The notes beneath the pieces were generated by a model, which was not told the DNA's origin, made no database searches, and saw only the letters and a program-made list of their open reading frames with translations. From positions 1 through 27,503 of the forward strand of contig JBEGRN010000001.1 in NCBI GenBank assembly GCA_041180425.1: a DNA stretch of 27,503 bases, written 5' to 3'. Below are positions 16,155-25,874 of this stretch, in pieces; position 1 is the stretch's first letter; each line of letters starts with the position of its first letter. The position numbers and the translations under genes are program-made. The DNA is from Verrucomicrobiota bacterium. GTDB taxonomy: Bacteria > Verrucomicrobiota > Verrucomicrobiia > Opitutales > UBA953.

Positions 16155-17619
16155 GGCGTCGGCTCCGCGCCAAGCGCGGCCGCCAACTGGGCAGGACGCG
16201 TGCGAGGTCCGCGAACTCGGCGTCCGTGAGGCGCCATGTCCAGTTGCCCTGCGGGTTGCCCGGCGTGTTGAAGCGGGCCTCGGAGCCGAGACCGAGCAGG
16301 TCTTGGGCGGGGAGGATGGCGCAGATCGCGGGCGTGTGCAGGAGGGCGTCGGCCAAGGCGCCAGGGACATCCGCGACTTCGCCCAGGAGTTCCTTGAGGT
16401 TGGCCTGTTCTTCGGGCGAAACCGTGGCGAGCCAGCCGCGCAGGGTGTCGTTGTCGTGCGTGCCCGTGTAGACGACGCGGTCCGCGGTGACGTTGGTCGG
16501 GTGGTGCGGGTTGTCGGCCGCACCGCCGAAGCCGAACTGCAGCACGGCCATGCCGGGCAGGCCGGAGGCGTGGCGAAGCACGTCTACCCCCGGCGAGAGC
16601 AGCCCCAAGTCTTCCGCGACCAGCGGGAGGTCACCCATCGCCTGCGTGAACGCCAAGCCCGGCCCATCGTGCCAGGCGCCGCCGCGCGCGTTGGGCGCTC
16701 CGGCCGGTACGCTCCAGTAGTCGCAGAGGCCGCGGAAGTGGTCGATGCGCACGGCATCGAAGAGCCGAAGGTCGTGGTGAACGCGGGCGCGCCACCAGGC
16801 GAAGCCGTCGGCGGCATGCGCGTTCCAGTCGTAGAGCGGGTTGCCCCAGAGTTGGCCGTCTTCCGCGAAGTAGTCGGGCGGCACGCCGGCCACGGCGGTC
16901 GGTCGGCCGTGGGTATCGAGTTGAAAGAGTTCCGGATGCGCGCGCACGTCGCAGCCATCGGCCGAGACGTAGATGGGCTCGTCGCCCATCAGGCGGATGC
17001 CGTGTCGTTGGGCGTGCGCGCGCAGGGCCTGCCATTGCTCGGCGAAGAGGAACTGCAGGGCGGCCGCTTCCGCGCAGAGCGCGGCGTCGGCGACCGTCAC
17101 GGTCCAGCTCGCCGGGGCGGTGAAGCCGTTCTGTTCGCGCAGAGCCGAGAACTGGCACCACGCGTCGAGCCAAGCGGCGTGCGTGGCGCGGAAACGACGG
17201 AAGCCAGCGTCCGCGGCCAAGGCTTGTGCTGCGCGGGCGCCGGCGGCCTTCAGCGTCGGGCGGAGCGCATGCCAGAGGCGTCCGTAGTCCGTGTGGCGGT
17301 CGGTGCCGCGCGGGAGGCTGCTGACTTCGGCCGCGGTCAGGAAGCCGCGGCGGGCGAGGTCCGCGAGGTCCAAGAGGTAAGGGTTGCCGGCGAAGACGGA
17401 CAGCGCTTGGTAGGGCGAATCGCCGTAGCCGGTCGGCCCCAGCGGGCAGACCTGCCACCACGTGAAGCCGCCGGCGGCGAGCAGTTCGATGAAGCGGTGG
17501 GCTTCGGCGCCGAGCGTGCCGATCGGGCCCGGGCCCGGCAAGGCCGTCGGGTGGAGCAGCACGCCGGCGGACCGTTGCGGGAAGGCGCGGCAACGGAAGG
17601 CGGAGGACGCTGACGGCAT
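16144..17619 (-). CDS. malQ: 4-alpha-glucanotransferase (amylomaltase, GH77)
   Basis: 'GVLLHPTALP', 'WQVCPLGPT..GDSPY', 'GQLWGNPLYDW', 'VRIDHFRG', 'VAEDLG', 'YTGTHDNDT' and 'RFNTPG...NWTWR'. The ATG at 17619 is 1 nt after the upstream stop. Confidence 0.93.
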   Translation of the reverse strand: MPSASSAFRCRAFPQRSAGVLLHPTALPGPGPIGTLGAEAHRFIELLAAGGFTWWQVCPLGPTGYGDSPYQALSVFAGNPYLLDLADLARRGFLTAAEVSSLPRGTDRHTDYGRLWHALRPTLKAAGARAAQALAADAGFRRFRATHAAWLDAWCQFSALREQNGFTAPASWTVTVADAALCAEAAALQFLFAEQWQALRAHAQRHGIRLMGDEPIYVSADGCDVRAHPELFQLDTHGRPTAVAGVPPDYFAEDGQLWGNPLYDWNAHAADGFAWWRARVHHDLRLFDAVRIDHFRGLCDYWSVPAGAPNARGGAWHDGPGLAFTQAMGDLPLVAEDLGLLSPGVDVLRHASGLPGMAVLQFGFGGAADNPHHPTNVTADRVVYTGTHDNDTLRGWLATVSPEEQANLKELLGEVADVPGALADALLHTPAICAILPAQDLLGLGSEARFNTPGNPQGNWTWRLTDAEFADLARVLPSWRPRLARSRRLSA

Positions 17620-17620
17620 C

Positions 17621-18703
17621 TCAGCGGTATTCCACGTAGTGCTTGGCGCGGAGCTCGGCCAACCACTTCTCGACGGCTTCCTTGATCGCCTGCGAGCGCA
17701 CGCGCTCCTCGACGAGGGCACGGACCTTCGGGTCGTCCAGCGTGTCGGTGCCGGCGGCCTTGAAGCCTTCGCGCTTCAGGATGAACCAGAGCGTCGGGCT
17801 GCCGGGGATGTCGAATTGCAGGGCGTCGGAGACCTCGCCGTCGCGCAGCTTGCGGACGACGCCGACCACGCGTTCGTTAATGTCTTCGAGGGGCTTCCAG
17901 CCGGTATCGCCGCCTTGCTTGGCGAAGTCGTCGGTGCTGATGGCTTCGGCTACCTCGGCGAAGCCGGGCGCCGTGACCTGCTTGCCGACGGCGACCTTGA
18001 AGCGGGCCAGCGTGGCGGGGATCTGCGCAGGGTTGCGCAGGGCGGCGGCCCACGCTTCGGCACGGGCCTTGCCTTCCGCCGGCGTCTCGCTGGCGCCTTG
18101 GATCAGCGTGATTTGGCGGAGGCTGATGCTTTCCTTGCGGGTGAACTCGTCCTTATGGGCGTCGTAATAGGCTTGGAGCTTGCCGGGGCCGACTTCCAGC
18201 GCCGTCCGGCGGATCTGGCCGACCATGTATTCGAAGATGATGCGGTCTTCGATGAGCTTGCGGTAGGAGAGCGGGGTCAGGCCTTGCGCCCGGAGGGAAG
18301 CGACGAAGCGGTTGCGGTCGCCGCCGAAGTCGCGGCGGATCGTCTCCTCGATGTCGCCGTCGATGTAAGAGGTGGGGACCTTGCCGGTGCTGGTCTTGAA
18401 CTCGGCGATGACGAGCTGGCGGTCGGCGATCTGCTTCAGCGTCTCGAGTCCGTAGGATTCGATGGCCTTGGCGAACTCGGCGTCGCTCTTGCCCCGGCGG
18501 ATCTCCTCGACGAACGGTTCGACCTGGCGGCGGATGTCCGAGAGCGTGATCGGCTGGCCGTTGGCGTCGCCGGCGACGCGGTCGGCGTTCAGGTCGGTCC
18601 AGCGCTTGCCGGCTTCGGCCGCGGCCGGCTTCTTCGGCAGGGCCTGCCCCGAGGTGACGGCAGCGGCGCCGAGCAGGAGGCAGGAAAAGGAAAAGGCGTT
18701 CAT
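17621..18703 (-). CDS. SurA-like chaperone / parvulin peptidyl-prolyl isomerase, exported
   Basis: Signal peptide, then a SurA N-domain 'DRVAGDANGQPITLSDI' and a parvulin-like 'LRQITL...FAEVAEAISTDDFAKQGGDTGW...GEVSD'. The ATG overlaps the mfd stop (ATGA). Confidence 0.85.
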   Translation of the reverse strand: MNAFSFSCLLLGAAAVTSGQALPKKPAAAEAGKRWTDLNADRVAGDANGQPITLSDIRRQVEPFVEEIRRGKSDAEFAKAIESYGLETLKQIADRQLVIAEFKTSTGKVPTSYIDGDIEETIRRDFGGDRNRFVASLRAQGLTPLSYRKLIEDRIIFEYMVGQIRRTALEVGPGKLQAYYDAHKDEFTRKESISLRQITLIQGASETPAEGKARAEAWAAALRNPAQIPATLARFKVAVGKQVTAPGFAEVAEAISTDDFAKQGGDTGWKPLEDINERVVGVVRKLRDGEVSDALQFDIPGSPTLWFILKREGFKAAGTDTLDDPKVRALVEERVRSQAIKEAVEKWLAELRAKHYVEYR

Positions 18704-21700
18704 GAACCAGGGAGGGCGGGCAGCCGCGACAGGAAGCCGCGGATTTCCGCAAGTTTCCGCAGGGGGTCCTTGACGGTCAAGCGGGGAAACCGATTTCCGA
18801 CGAGCACGGGCTCCGGCGGGCGCCCCCGCTGGACGCGCAGGCATCGCAAGGTGACCCCATCGGTCGAAATGGCGCTGACCCCTTGGGCTTCGGCCAGGCA
18901 GCGGATCTCCGCCAGCTGCAGGAAGGCCGCCGCTTCCGGCGGGAGCCGCCCATAGCGGTCCGCCAGTTGGTCCCGGAGTTCGGCGACCTCGGCCGCGTCT
19001 GTCGCCAAGGCGACCTTGCGGAAGGCCTCGATGCGCAAGCGGGTCTCAGGAATCCAATCAGACGGCAACGTCGCGGTGAGTAAGGGCCCGTCGCCGGCGC
19101 TGCTGTTCGTCTGCTCGACGCCGAGGGCCGCCTGCGTGTGATCGATGAAGTCGAGGTTCAGTTCGCACCGGTCGACGCCGGCGCCGCGGTCGCCTCGCAG
19201 CTTGGCGACGCTGCGGCGCAGGAGTTGGCAGTAGAGGTCGAAGCCGACGTTGGCGACGTGGCCGCTCTGCGCCGCCCCAAGGATGTTGCCGGCGCCCCGG
19301 AGCTCGAGGTCGCGCATGGCGATGCGGAAGCCGGCGCCCAATTGGTTGTATTGGCGAATGGCGGAAAGCCGGCGGTGGGCGGTGCCGACCAAGGCCGCGT
19401 GCCGGTGAAGGAAAAGGTAGGCGTAGGCTTGGCGGTTGAAACGCCCGACGCGGCCGCGGAGCTGGTAGAGCTGCGCCAGGCCGAAGCGGTCCGCGCCCTC
19501 GATGATCAGCGTGTTGCAGTTAGGGATGTCGAGGCCGGTCTCGATGATCGTCGTGCAGACGAGGATGTCGTAGTCGCCCGCGACGAAGGCCGACATCACT
19601 TCCTCGAGCTGGCCCGCCGGCATCTGGCCATGGCCGACGATGATGCGGGCCTTCGGCAGCAACGCGGCCAAGCGTTCGGCGACGGCTTGGATGGTCTCCA
19701 CGCGGTTGTGCAGGTAGAAGACCTGGCCGCCGCGGGAGAGCTCCGCCTTCACGGCGTCGCGCACGAGCTTCTCGTCGTAACTACGGACGACCGTGCGGAT
19801 CGGCAGGCGCTCGCGCGGCGGCGTCTCGATGACGCTCAGGTCGCGGGCGCCCACGAGCGCCAGGTAGAGCGTGCGCGGGATCGGCGTCGCGCTCATCGCG
19901 AGCACGTCGACCTCGGCCCGCAGTTCCTTCAAGCGTTCCTTGTGGCGGACGCCGAAGCGGTGCTCTTCGTCGATGATGACGAGGCCCAGCTTGCCGAACG
20001 AGGTGCCGTCGGAGAGCAGGGCGTGCGTGCCGACGACGACGTCCACGGTGCCGGCGGCGGCGCGGGCGCGGACCTGGGCCTTCTGCTTGGCGGTTCGGAA
20101 GCCGCTGAGGAGCTCGACCGAGACGGGCCAGCGTGCCAGGCGCTCGCGGAAGCTTTCGAAGTGCTGCTGGGCAAGGACGGTCGTGGGCGCGAGGATGGCG
20201 ACTTGGCGGCCACCGAGGACGCATTTGAACGCCGCCCGCAGGGCGACTTCGGTCTTGCCGAAGCCGACGTCGCCGCTGACGAGCCGGTCCATCGGCGCCG
20301 CGCGTTCCATGTCGGCTTTGACGTCCGCGATGGCGCGCGTCTGGTCTGGCGTCTCGCGGTGCGGGAACGAGCGCTCGAATTCGCCCATCCAGGCGTGGTC
20401 GGCGTCCTTGGGGTGGGTGATGCCGGGCTTGGTCGAGCGGGCCGCCTGCATCGCGAGCAGCTGCGCGGCGAGGTCGGCGGTGGCTTTCTCGGCGGCCTTG
20501 CGCGAGCGCTCCCACCCGCCACCGCCCAGCTTCGAGAGCTTGGGCTGGATCCGGCCGATGCCGATGTAGCGCGAGAGCAGGTGCGATTCGCGGACCGGCA
20601 GGTGCAGCTTGGCTTTTTCCGCGAACTCGAGGCCGATGAAGTCTTCGGTGCGCCCGTTGTGCTCGTGGGCTTGGATGCCGCGGAAGAGGCAGATGCCTTG
20701 GGTGACGTGCACCAAGGCGTCGCCATCGGCGAGTTCGCCGAAGTCGAGCGCGCGCCCGACCGCGGCGCGCACGGCGGTGCGGCGGCGCGGCAGCGTGGCG
20801 AGCGGGCGTTTGCGGCGGCCGAAGAGTTCGCGTTCGGTCAGCAGGACCAAGCCGTCCTTCAGGAGGCCGGGCAACTTACCGGGCGCCAGGAGCAGGCCGC
20901 CGCCGAAACGGCCGGCGCAGACGCGTGGCTTGAAGCCGCGCAGGGCGGCGGCTTTGACTTCGGCGGCCAGTCGTTCGACCGAGCCCTCGGTATCGCCCGT
21001 GAGCAGGCAAGGCCGGCCGTCCTTGGCCAAAGCCGCGGCGGAGCGCAGCAGGGCGGGCCGATGGTCGGCCCCTTCGGTCGCGGAGCCAATGAGTAGCGCT
21101 TCAGCCGGTTGGCATTCCAAGGCCGTGGCGACGTAGCCGGCGGTGGCTTCGTCGGTTTCCTCTAGAATCAGTTGGGCGAGCGGCAACGCATGCAGTTCCG
21201 CGCAGAGGACGTCTTCGTGGGAGCGGTCCACGCTCACGATCAAGGCTTCCGCCGGGAGGTGCCGGCAGAACGGCGCTTCGGCGGCTTGGCCGGAGTCGTC
21301 GCGCGGGGCGCAGATGACGAGCCCGTCGACTTCGCCTTCGCTGCGTTGCGTCGCCGGGTCGAAGGGGCGGAGGGATTCGACCTTGTCGCCGAAGAGGTCG
21401 ATGCGCACGGGCATCTGCGCGTTGAGCGGGTAGACGTCGAGGATGCCGCCGCGCAGGGCGTATTCGCCGGGTTGCTCGCAGAGCGCTTCGTGGTCGTAGC
21501 CGAACTCGTTGGCCAAGCGCTGGGCGAAGGCCCGCAGCTCGAGCGTGTCGCCTTTGCGGACGACCATCTCGGCGCGGGCGGCGGCCTCGGGGGCGGGCGC
21601 CCGTCGTGTCAGCGAACCCGGCGTGCAGGCGATGAGGAGGGGCCGTTTCGTATCATGGCCACCGTGGCGCAGGAGCGACAGCACCCCGAGCAGGTCGCAG

Positions 21701-21933
21701 TCGGCCTCGAAGGCCGGCACCGCGGCGTCGGCCTCGGTCAGCGTGCGGGCCACGGGTTGCGCGCCGTGCAGCAAGGTGAGGAGCTGCGCGGTCTCCTCCG
21801 CTAGGGTCTCGGCGGCGCCGAGGTTGGAGGCCAGCAGGACGATCACGCCGTGGGCGGCGCCCTCTGAGCAAGCCACGGGCGCCCAAGCGTGCGCGGGCAC
21901 GCCGGTCAGGGCACGGCGTGGCTGAACGGACAT
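18700..21933 (-). CDS. mfd: Transcription-repair coupling factor Mfd
   Basis: UvrB-homology 'GEYALRGGILDVYP...RIDLFGDKVESLRPFDPATQRS', RID 'DALVHVTQGI', 'DRLVSGDVGFGKTEV', 'IIDEEHRFG', 'MSATPIPRTL', 'LYQLRGRVGR', 'DLELRGAGN' and a TRCF C-terminal domain. Confidence 0.96.
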   Translation of the reverse strand: MSVQPRRALTGVPAHAWAPVACSEGAAHGVIVLLASNLGAAETLAEETAQLLTLLHGAQPVARTLTEADAAVPAFEADCDLLGVLSLLRHGGHDTKRPLLIACTPGSLTRRAPAPEAAARAEMVVRKGDTLELRAFAQRLANEFGYDHEALCEQPGEYALRGGILDVYPLNAQMPVRIDLFGDKVESLRPFDPATQRSEGEVDGLVICAPRDDSGQAAEAPFCRHLPAEALIVSVDRSHEDVLCAELHALPLAQLILEETDEATAGYVATALECQPAEALLIGSATEGADHRPALLRSAAALAKDGRPCLLTGDTEGSVERLAAEVKAAALRGFKPRVCAGRFGGGLLLAPGKLPGLLKDGLVLLTERELFGRRKRPLATLPRRRTAVRAAVGRALDFGELADGDALVHVTQGICLFRGIQAHEHNGRTEDFIGLEFAEKAKLHLPVRESHLLSRYIGIGRIQPKLSKLGGGGWERSRKAAEKATADLAAQLLAMQAARSTKPGITHPKDADHAWMGEFERSFPHRETPDQTRAIADVKADMERAAPMDRLVSGDVGFGKTEVALRAAFKCVLGGRQVAILAPTTVLAQQHFESFRERLARWPVSVELLSGFRTAKQKAQVRARAAAGTVDVVVGTHALLSDGTSFGKLGLVIIDEEHRFGVRHKERLKELRAEVDVLAMSATPIPRTLYLALVGARDLSVIETPPRERLPIRTVVRSYDEKLVRDAVKAELSRGGQVFYLHNRVETIQAVAERLAALLPKARIIVGHGQMPAGQLEEVMSAFVAGDYDILVCTTIIETGLDIPNCNTLIIEGADRFGLAQLYQLRGRVGRFNRQAYAYLFLHRHAALVGTAHRRLSAIRQYNQLGAGFRIAMRDLELRGAGNILGAAQSGHVANVGFDLYCQLLRRSVAKLRGDRGAGVDRCELNLDFIDHTQAALGVEQTNSSAGDGPLLTATLPSDWIPETRLRIEAFRKVALATDAAEVAELRDQLADRYGRLPPEAAAFLQLAEIRCLAEAQGVSAISTDGVTLRCLRVQRGRPPEPVLVGNRFPRLTVKDPLRKLAEIRGFLSRLPALPGS

Positions 21934-21939
21934 CCCGCT

Positions 21940-21967
21940 ATCGAGTGCGGACGGGCGGGTTCGTCAA
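21940..21967 (-). promoter_or_regulatory. Putative promoter of mfd (leaderless)
   Basis: On the minus strand: TTGACG-16 nt-CTCGAT-6 nt-ATG. Confidence 0.45.
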
Positions 21968-21994
21968 ACCTGCACGGCCGATACCGACGCTTTC

Positions 21995-22687
21995 TCAGCT
22001 GATGAGCAGAAGCCGCGGTGCTCCCGGATGGTTTTCAGGGGCGCGGTGGATGCAGGGCAGGACTGGACTGTCGGGCCATTGCGTCGCGATGCGCCAGAGC
22101 GAGAAGCGTCCGAAAGGGTAGGGGCGTGCGCCGGGTTTCGGCGCATAGTGCAGGTCGTAGCAATGGTCGTGTAGGAACTCCGCAAAGCCGGCGTCGTCGG
22201 GGCCGCCATATTCTTGGAGCAAGGCGGTGCGGATCGCGGGGTCGTCGACCTTGCGTTGGGCCTCCTCGTTGGCGAGCCCTTCGCTGCAGGCGCCATGGTA
22301 GGTGCAGAGCCAGGTGTCGACTTCGACCGGCGCGCTGTCGACGTGGAAGGAGGTCACGTCGGTCGGGACGAGGCCGGCGTTCGGCCCGCGGACGCAGTCG
22401 TGGATGCAGTTCAGCGAAGGGGCGAGGTCATGCTCCCGGAGCAGGGCTTGGTCGGAGAGCATCGCGGCCGCGGCGCGTTGGCCCGCCGGGCTGAGCGTCA
22501 AGGCCGTCAGACGTTCGTCCGCCAACGCTTCGATGCCTTGCCCCGGCCCGAGCTGTTCGATGACCTCGGCGAAGTCGCCCGGGAGCGTGCGTTCCCAGCA
22601 GAGCGCGTTGACGTCGCCGGCGAACGGCGTTCGGAGGAGTTCGGCGAAGCTTCCGACGTGGCGGACGCGACGTGCGGAAGCCGCCAT
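21995..22687 (-). CDS. DUF1826-like protein (probable double-stranded beta-helix metal-binding fold)
   Basis: 'NALCWERTL', 'SFHVD', 'LCTYHG..SE', 'CIHRAP' and 'RLLL' resemble the DUF1826 pattern, with an HxD...H candidate metal triad. Confidence 0.7.
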   Translation of the reverse strand: MAASARRVRHVGSFAELLRTPFAGDVNALCWERTLPGDFAEVIEQLGPGQGIEALADERLTALTLSPAGQRAAAAMLSDQALLREHDLAPSLNCIHDCVRGPNAGLVPTDVTSFHVDSAPVEVDTWLCTYHGACSEGLANEEAQRKVDDPAIRTALLQEYGGPDDAGFAEFLHDHCYDLHYAPKPGARPYPFGRFSLWRIATQWPDSPVLPCIHRAPENHPGAPRLLLIS

Positions 22688-22693
22688 CGGGAC

Positions 22694-23674
<981 letters not shown>

Positions 23675-23685
23675 TCACCCCTGCT

Positions 23686-24462
23686 TCAGGCCAGGCCGAA
23701 GCGCTTGGCGAATTCCTTGGCGAGCGCGTCGTAGGCCACGGCGCCCGGCGAATGCACGTCGTACTGGAAGATCGTCTGGCCGTGGCTCGGGCACTCCGAC
23801 AGGCGGATGGTGCGCGGAATCATGGTCTCCATGACGAGGTCAGGGAAGTGCGTCTTCACTTCTTCGACGACCTGGCGGGAGAGCTTGGTGCGCACGTCGT
23901 ACATCGTCATCACGATGCCGCCGAGGGCGAGCCGGTCGGTGGCGCCGGCGGCCTTGAGCTGGTCGACCACGCCGACGATCTGGCCGAGGCCTTCCATCGC
24001 GAGGTATTCCGTCTGCAGCGTCACGAAGAGGTAGTCCGAGGCGCTCAGCGCGTTCATCGAGAGCATGCCGAGGGCCGGCGGGCAGTCGATGAGGATGGCG
24101 CCGTAGGTCTTCGCTTCGATGAGCGGGGCGAGGCTGCTGCGGAGGCGACCGAGGTAGTTCTCGGCCTGGGCGAGTTCCGACTCCACCGCGGCGAGGTCCA
24201 CTTCGGAGGGGATGAGGTCGAGCTTCTCGGTGGAAGTCGCGACGACCATGTCGGCGGCCTTCGCTTCGCCGTGCAGGACCTTATAGAGCGATTTGCCTTC
24301 GGTCTTCTCGATGCCGAGCGCGCTGGTCGCGTTCGCCTGCGCATCGAGGTCGATGAGCAGGGTGCGGATGCCTTGGCGGGCGAGGCCGGCCGCGAGGTTG
24401 ACGGCGGTGGTCGTCTTGCCGACGCCGCCCTTCTGGTTCGCGATGGAGAAGACCTTGGCCAC
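23686..24462 (-). CDS. parA: ParA/Soj family ATPase
   Basis: Deviant Walker A 'ANQKGGVGKTTT', 'LIDLDAQANAT', 'LIDCPPALG', 'TMYDVRT' and 'IPRTIRLSECPSHG'. The GTG start is 1 nt after the fabV stop. Confidence 0.92.
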   Translation of the reverse strand: MAKVFSIANQKGGVGKTTTAVNLAAGLARQGIRTLLIDLDAQANATSALGIEKTEGKSLYKVLHGEAKAADMVVATSTEKLDLIPSEVDLAAVESELAQAENYLGRLRSSLAPLIEAKTYGAILIDCPPALGMLSMNALSASDYLFVTLQTEYLAMEGLGQIVGVVDQLKAAGATDRLALGGIVMTMYDVRTKLSRQVVEEVKTHFPDLVMETMIPRTIRLSECPSHGQTIFQYDVHSPGAVAYDALAKEFAKRFGLA

Positions 24463-24463
24463 C

Positions 24464-25666
24464 TTAGACGTTCTCGATGGGGCGTTCCACTTCGGTCGGG
24501 GCGTCGTAATCCACGCCGGCGAGGCCGAAGCCGAAGTTCTTGAGGAAGTCGGACTGGTAGCCGGCGAAGTCGCCGTACTGGTCGAGGGTCTCGGTGGTCA
24601 CCTTGGGCCAGATGTCGAAGACGGCCTTTTGGATTTCGGGCTGCATTTCCCAGTCGTCGATGCGCACGCGGCCGTTCTCGTCGAAGTCGAGCGCGTTGCC
24701 GTTGTACATCTGCTTTTCGAAGAGGCGCTGGATCTGCTCGATGCAGCCCTCGTGGTTGCCCTTGGCCTTCATGATCTTGAAGAGCAGGGAGACGTAGAGC
24801 GGGACGACGGGGATCGCGGAGCTGGCCTGCGTGACGACGGCCTTGTTGACGGAGACGAAGGCGCGGCCGCGGTGCAGCTTCATGAGGTCGTCGATCTTGC
24901 GGCCGGCCCGTTCGAGGTCTTCCTTGGCCTTGCCGATCGTGCCGTCCTTGTAGATCGGCCAGGTGACCTGCGGCCCGATGTAGGAGTAGGCGACCGTCTG
25001 GCAGCCTTCCTTGAGCACGCCGGCGCCGTCGAGGGCGTTCATCCAGAGTTCCCAATCCTCGCCGCCCATGACCTTGACGGTGTGGGCGATTTCTTCGGCG
25101 TTGGCGGTGTCGAGCGTGACGTCGTTCACGACCTTGCGGTCGGTGTCGAGGTTCTTGGCGTGGAACGGCGCGCCGGTCGGCTTGAGCGTGGACTTGTAGG
25201 TCACGCCATCGGGGGCGGTGCGGCGCGGGGAGGCGAGGGAGTAGACGACGAGGTCGATCTTGCCGCCGGGCATCTTGGACTTGATGGCCTCGATGACCTG
25301 GGCCTTGAGCTCGGCGGAAAAGGCGTCGCCGTTCAGCGAGATGGCGGTGAGGCCGGCTTTCTTGGCTTCGGCGTGGAAGCCGGTGGTGTTGTACCAGCCG
25401 GGGCTGCCGGGCTTGTCGCCTTCGCCGTTGCGCTCGAAGAACACGCCGAGGGTCGCGGCGCCGGAGCCGAAGGCCGCGGCGATGCGCGAGGACAGGCCGT
25501 AGCCCGTGGAGGCGCCGATGACCAAGACGGATTTCGGGCCACCCTTGAGGGCGGGGCGCGACTTCACGTAGGCGATCTGTTCACGGACATGGGCGGCACA
25601 GCCTTCCGGGTGGGAAGTGATGCAGATGAAGCCACGCACGCGGGGTTTCAGGACTTGAAGGGACAT
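24464..25666 (-). CDS. fabV: Enoyl-ACP reductase FabV (trans-2-enoyl reductase)
   Basis: 'KPRVRGFICITSHPEGC', 'VLVIGASTGYGLSSRI', 'GDAFS', 'LVVYSLASPRR', 'VKVMGGEDW', 'YSYIG', 'GTIGKAKEDL' and 'VTQASSAIP'. 400 aa from ATG 25666. Confidence 0.96.
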   Translation of the reverse strand: MSLQVLKPRVRGFICITSHPEGCAAHVREQIAYVKSRPALKGGPKSVLVIGASTGYGLSSRIAAAFGSGAATLGVFFERNGEGDKPGSPGWYNTTGFHAEAKKAGLTAISLNGDAFSAELKAQVIEAIKSKMPGGKIDLVVYSLASPRRTAPDGVTYKSTLKPTGAPFHAKNLDTDRKVVNDVTLDTANAEEIAHTVKVMGGEDWELWMNALDGAGVLKEGCQTVAYSYIGPQVTWPIYKDGTIGKAKEDLERAGRKIDDLMKLHRGRAFVSVNKAVVTQASSAIPVVPLYVSLLFKIMKAKGNHEGCIEQIQRLFEKQMYNGNALDFDENGRVRIDDWEMQPEIQKAVFDIWPKVTTETLDQYGDFAGYQSDFLKNFGFGLAGVDYDAPTEVERPIENV

Positions 25667-25672
25667 GGGCTT

Positions 25673-25701
25673 ACCTTTGGAGGGGGAGGGAGTGAGTTCA
25701 A
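25673..25701 (-). promoter_or_regulatory. Putative promoter of fabV-parA (leaderless)
   Basis: On the minus strand: TTGAAC-17 nt-AAAGGT-6 nt-ATG. Confidence 0.5.
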
Positions 25702-25743
25702 TCTGGAAGTAGAAGCCCAAGGCGGTCGTTGGGTGGTAGTGGT

Positions 25744-25785
25744 CGTTAGCGGTTGGGGGTTAGTGGTTGGTGGATGGCGGTTGGG
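25744..25785 (+). repeat. Degenerate heptamer tandem repeat (consensus GGTTRGN, six units)
   Basis: CGTTAGC GGTTGGG GGTTAGT GGTTGGT GGATGGC GGTTGGG in the fabV/aminotransferase intergenic region. Related G/T-rich sequence extends back to about 25724. Confidence 0.7.
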
Positions 25786-25874
25786 CGCCAGATGACGCGA
25801 GAGGCTCTCTTGCGTGTTTCCGATTCCGCCCTCCATCCTCGACTCAGCCCTCGATTCAGTCATCTGTAGCTCCT

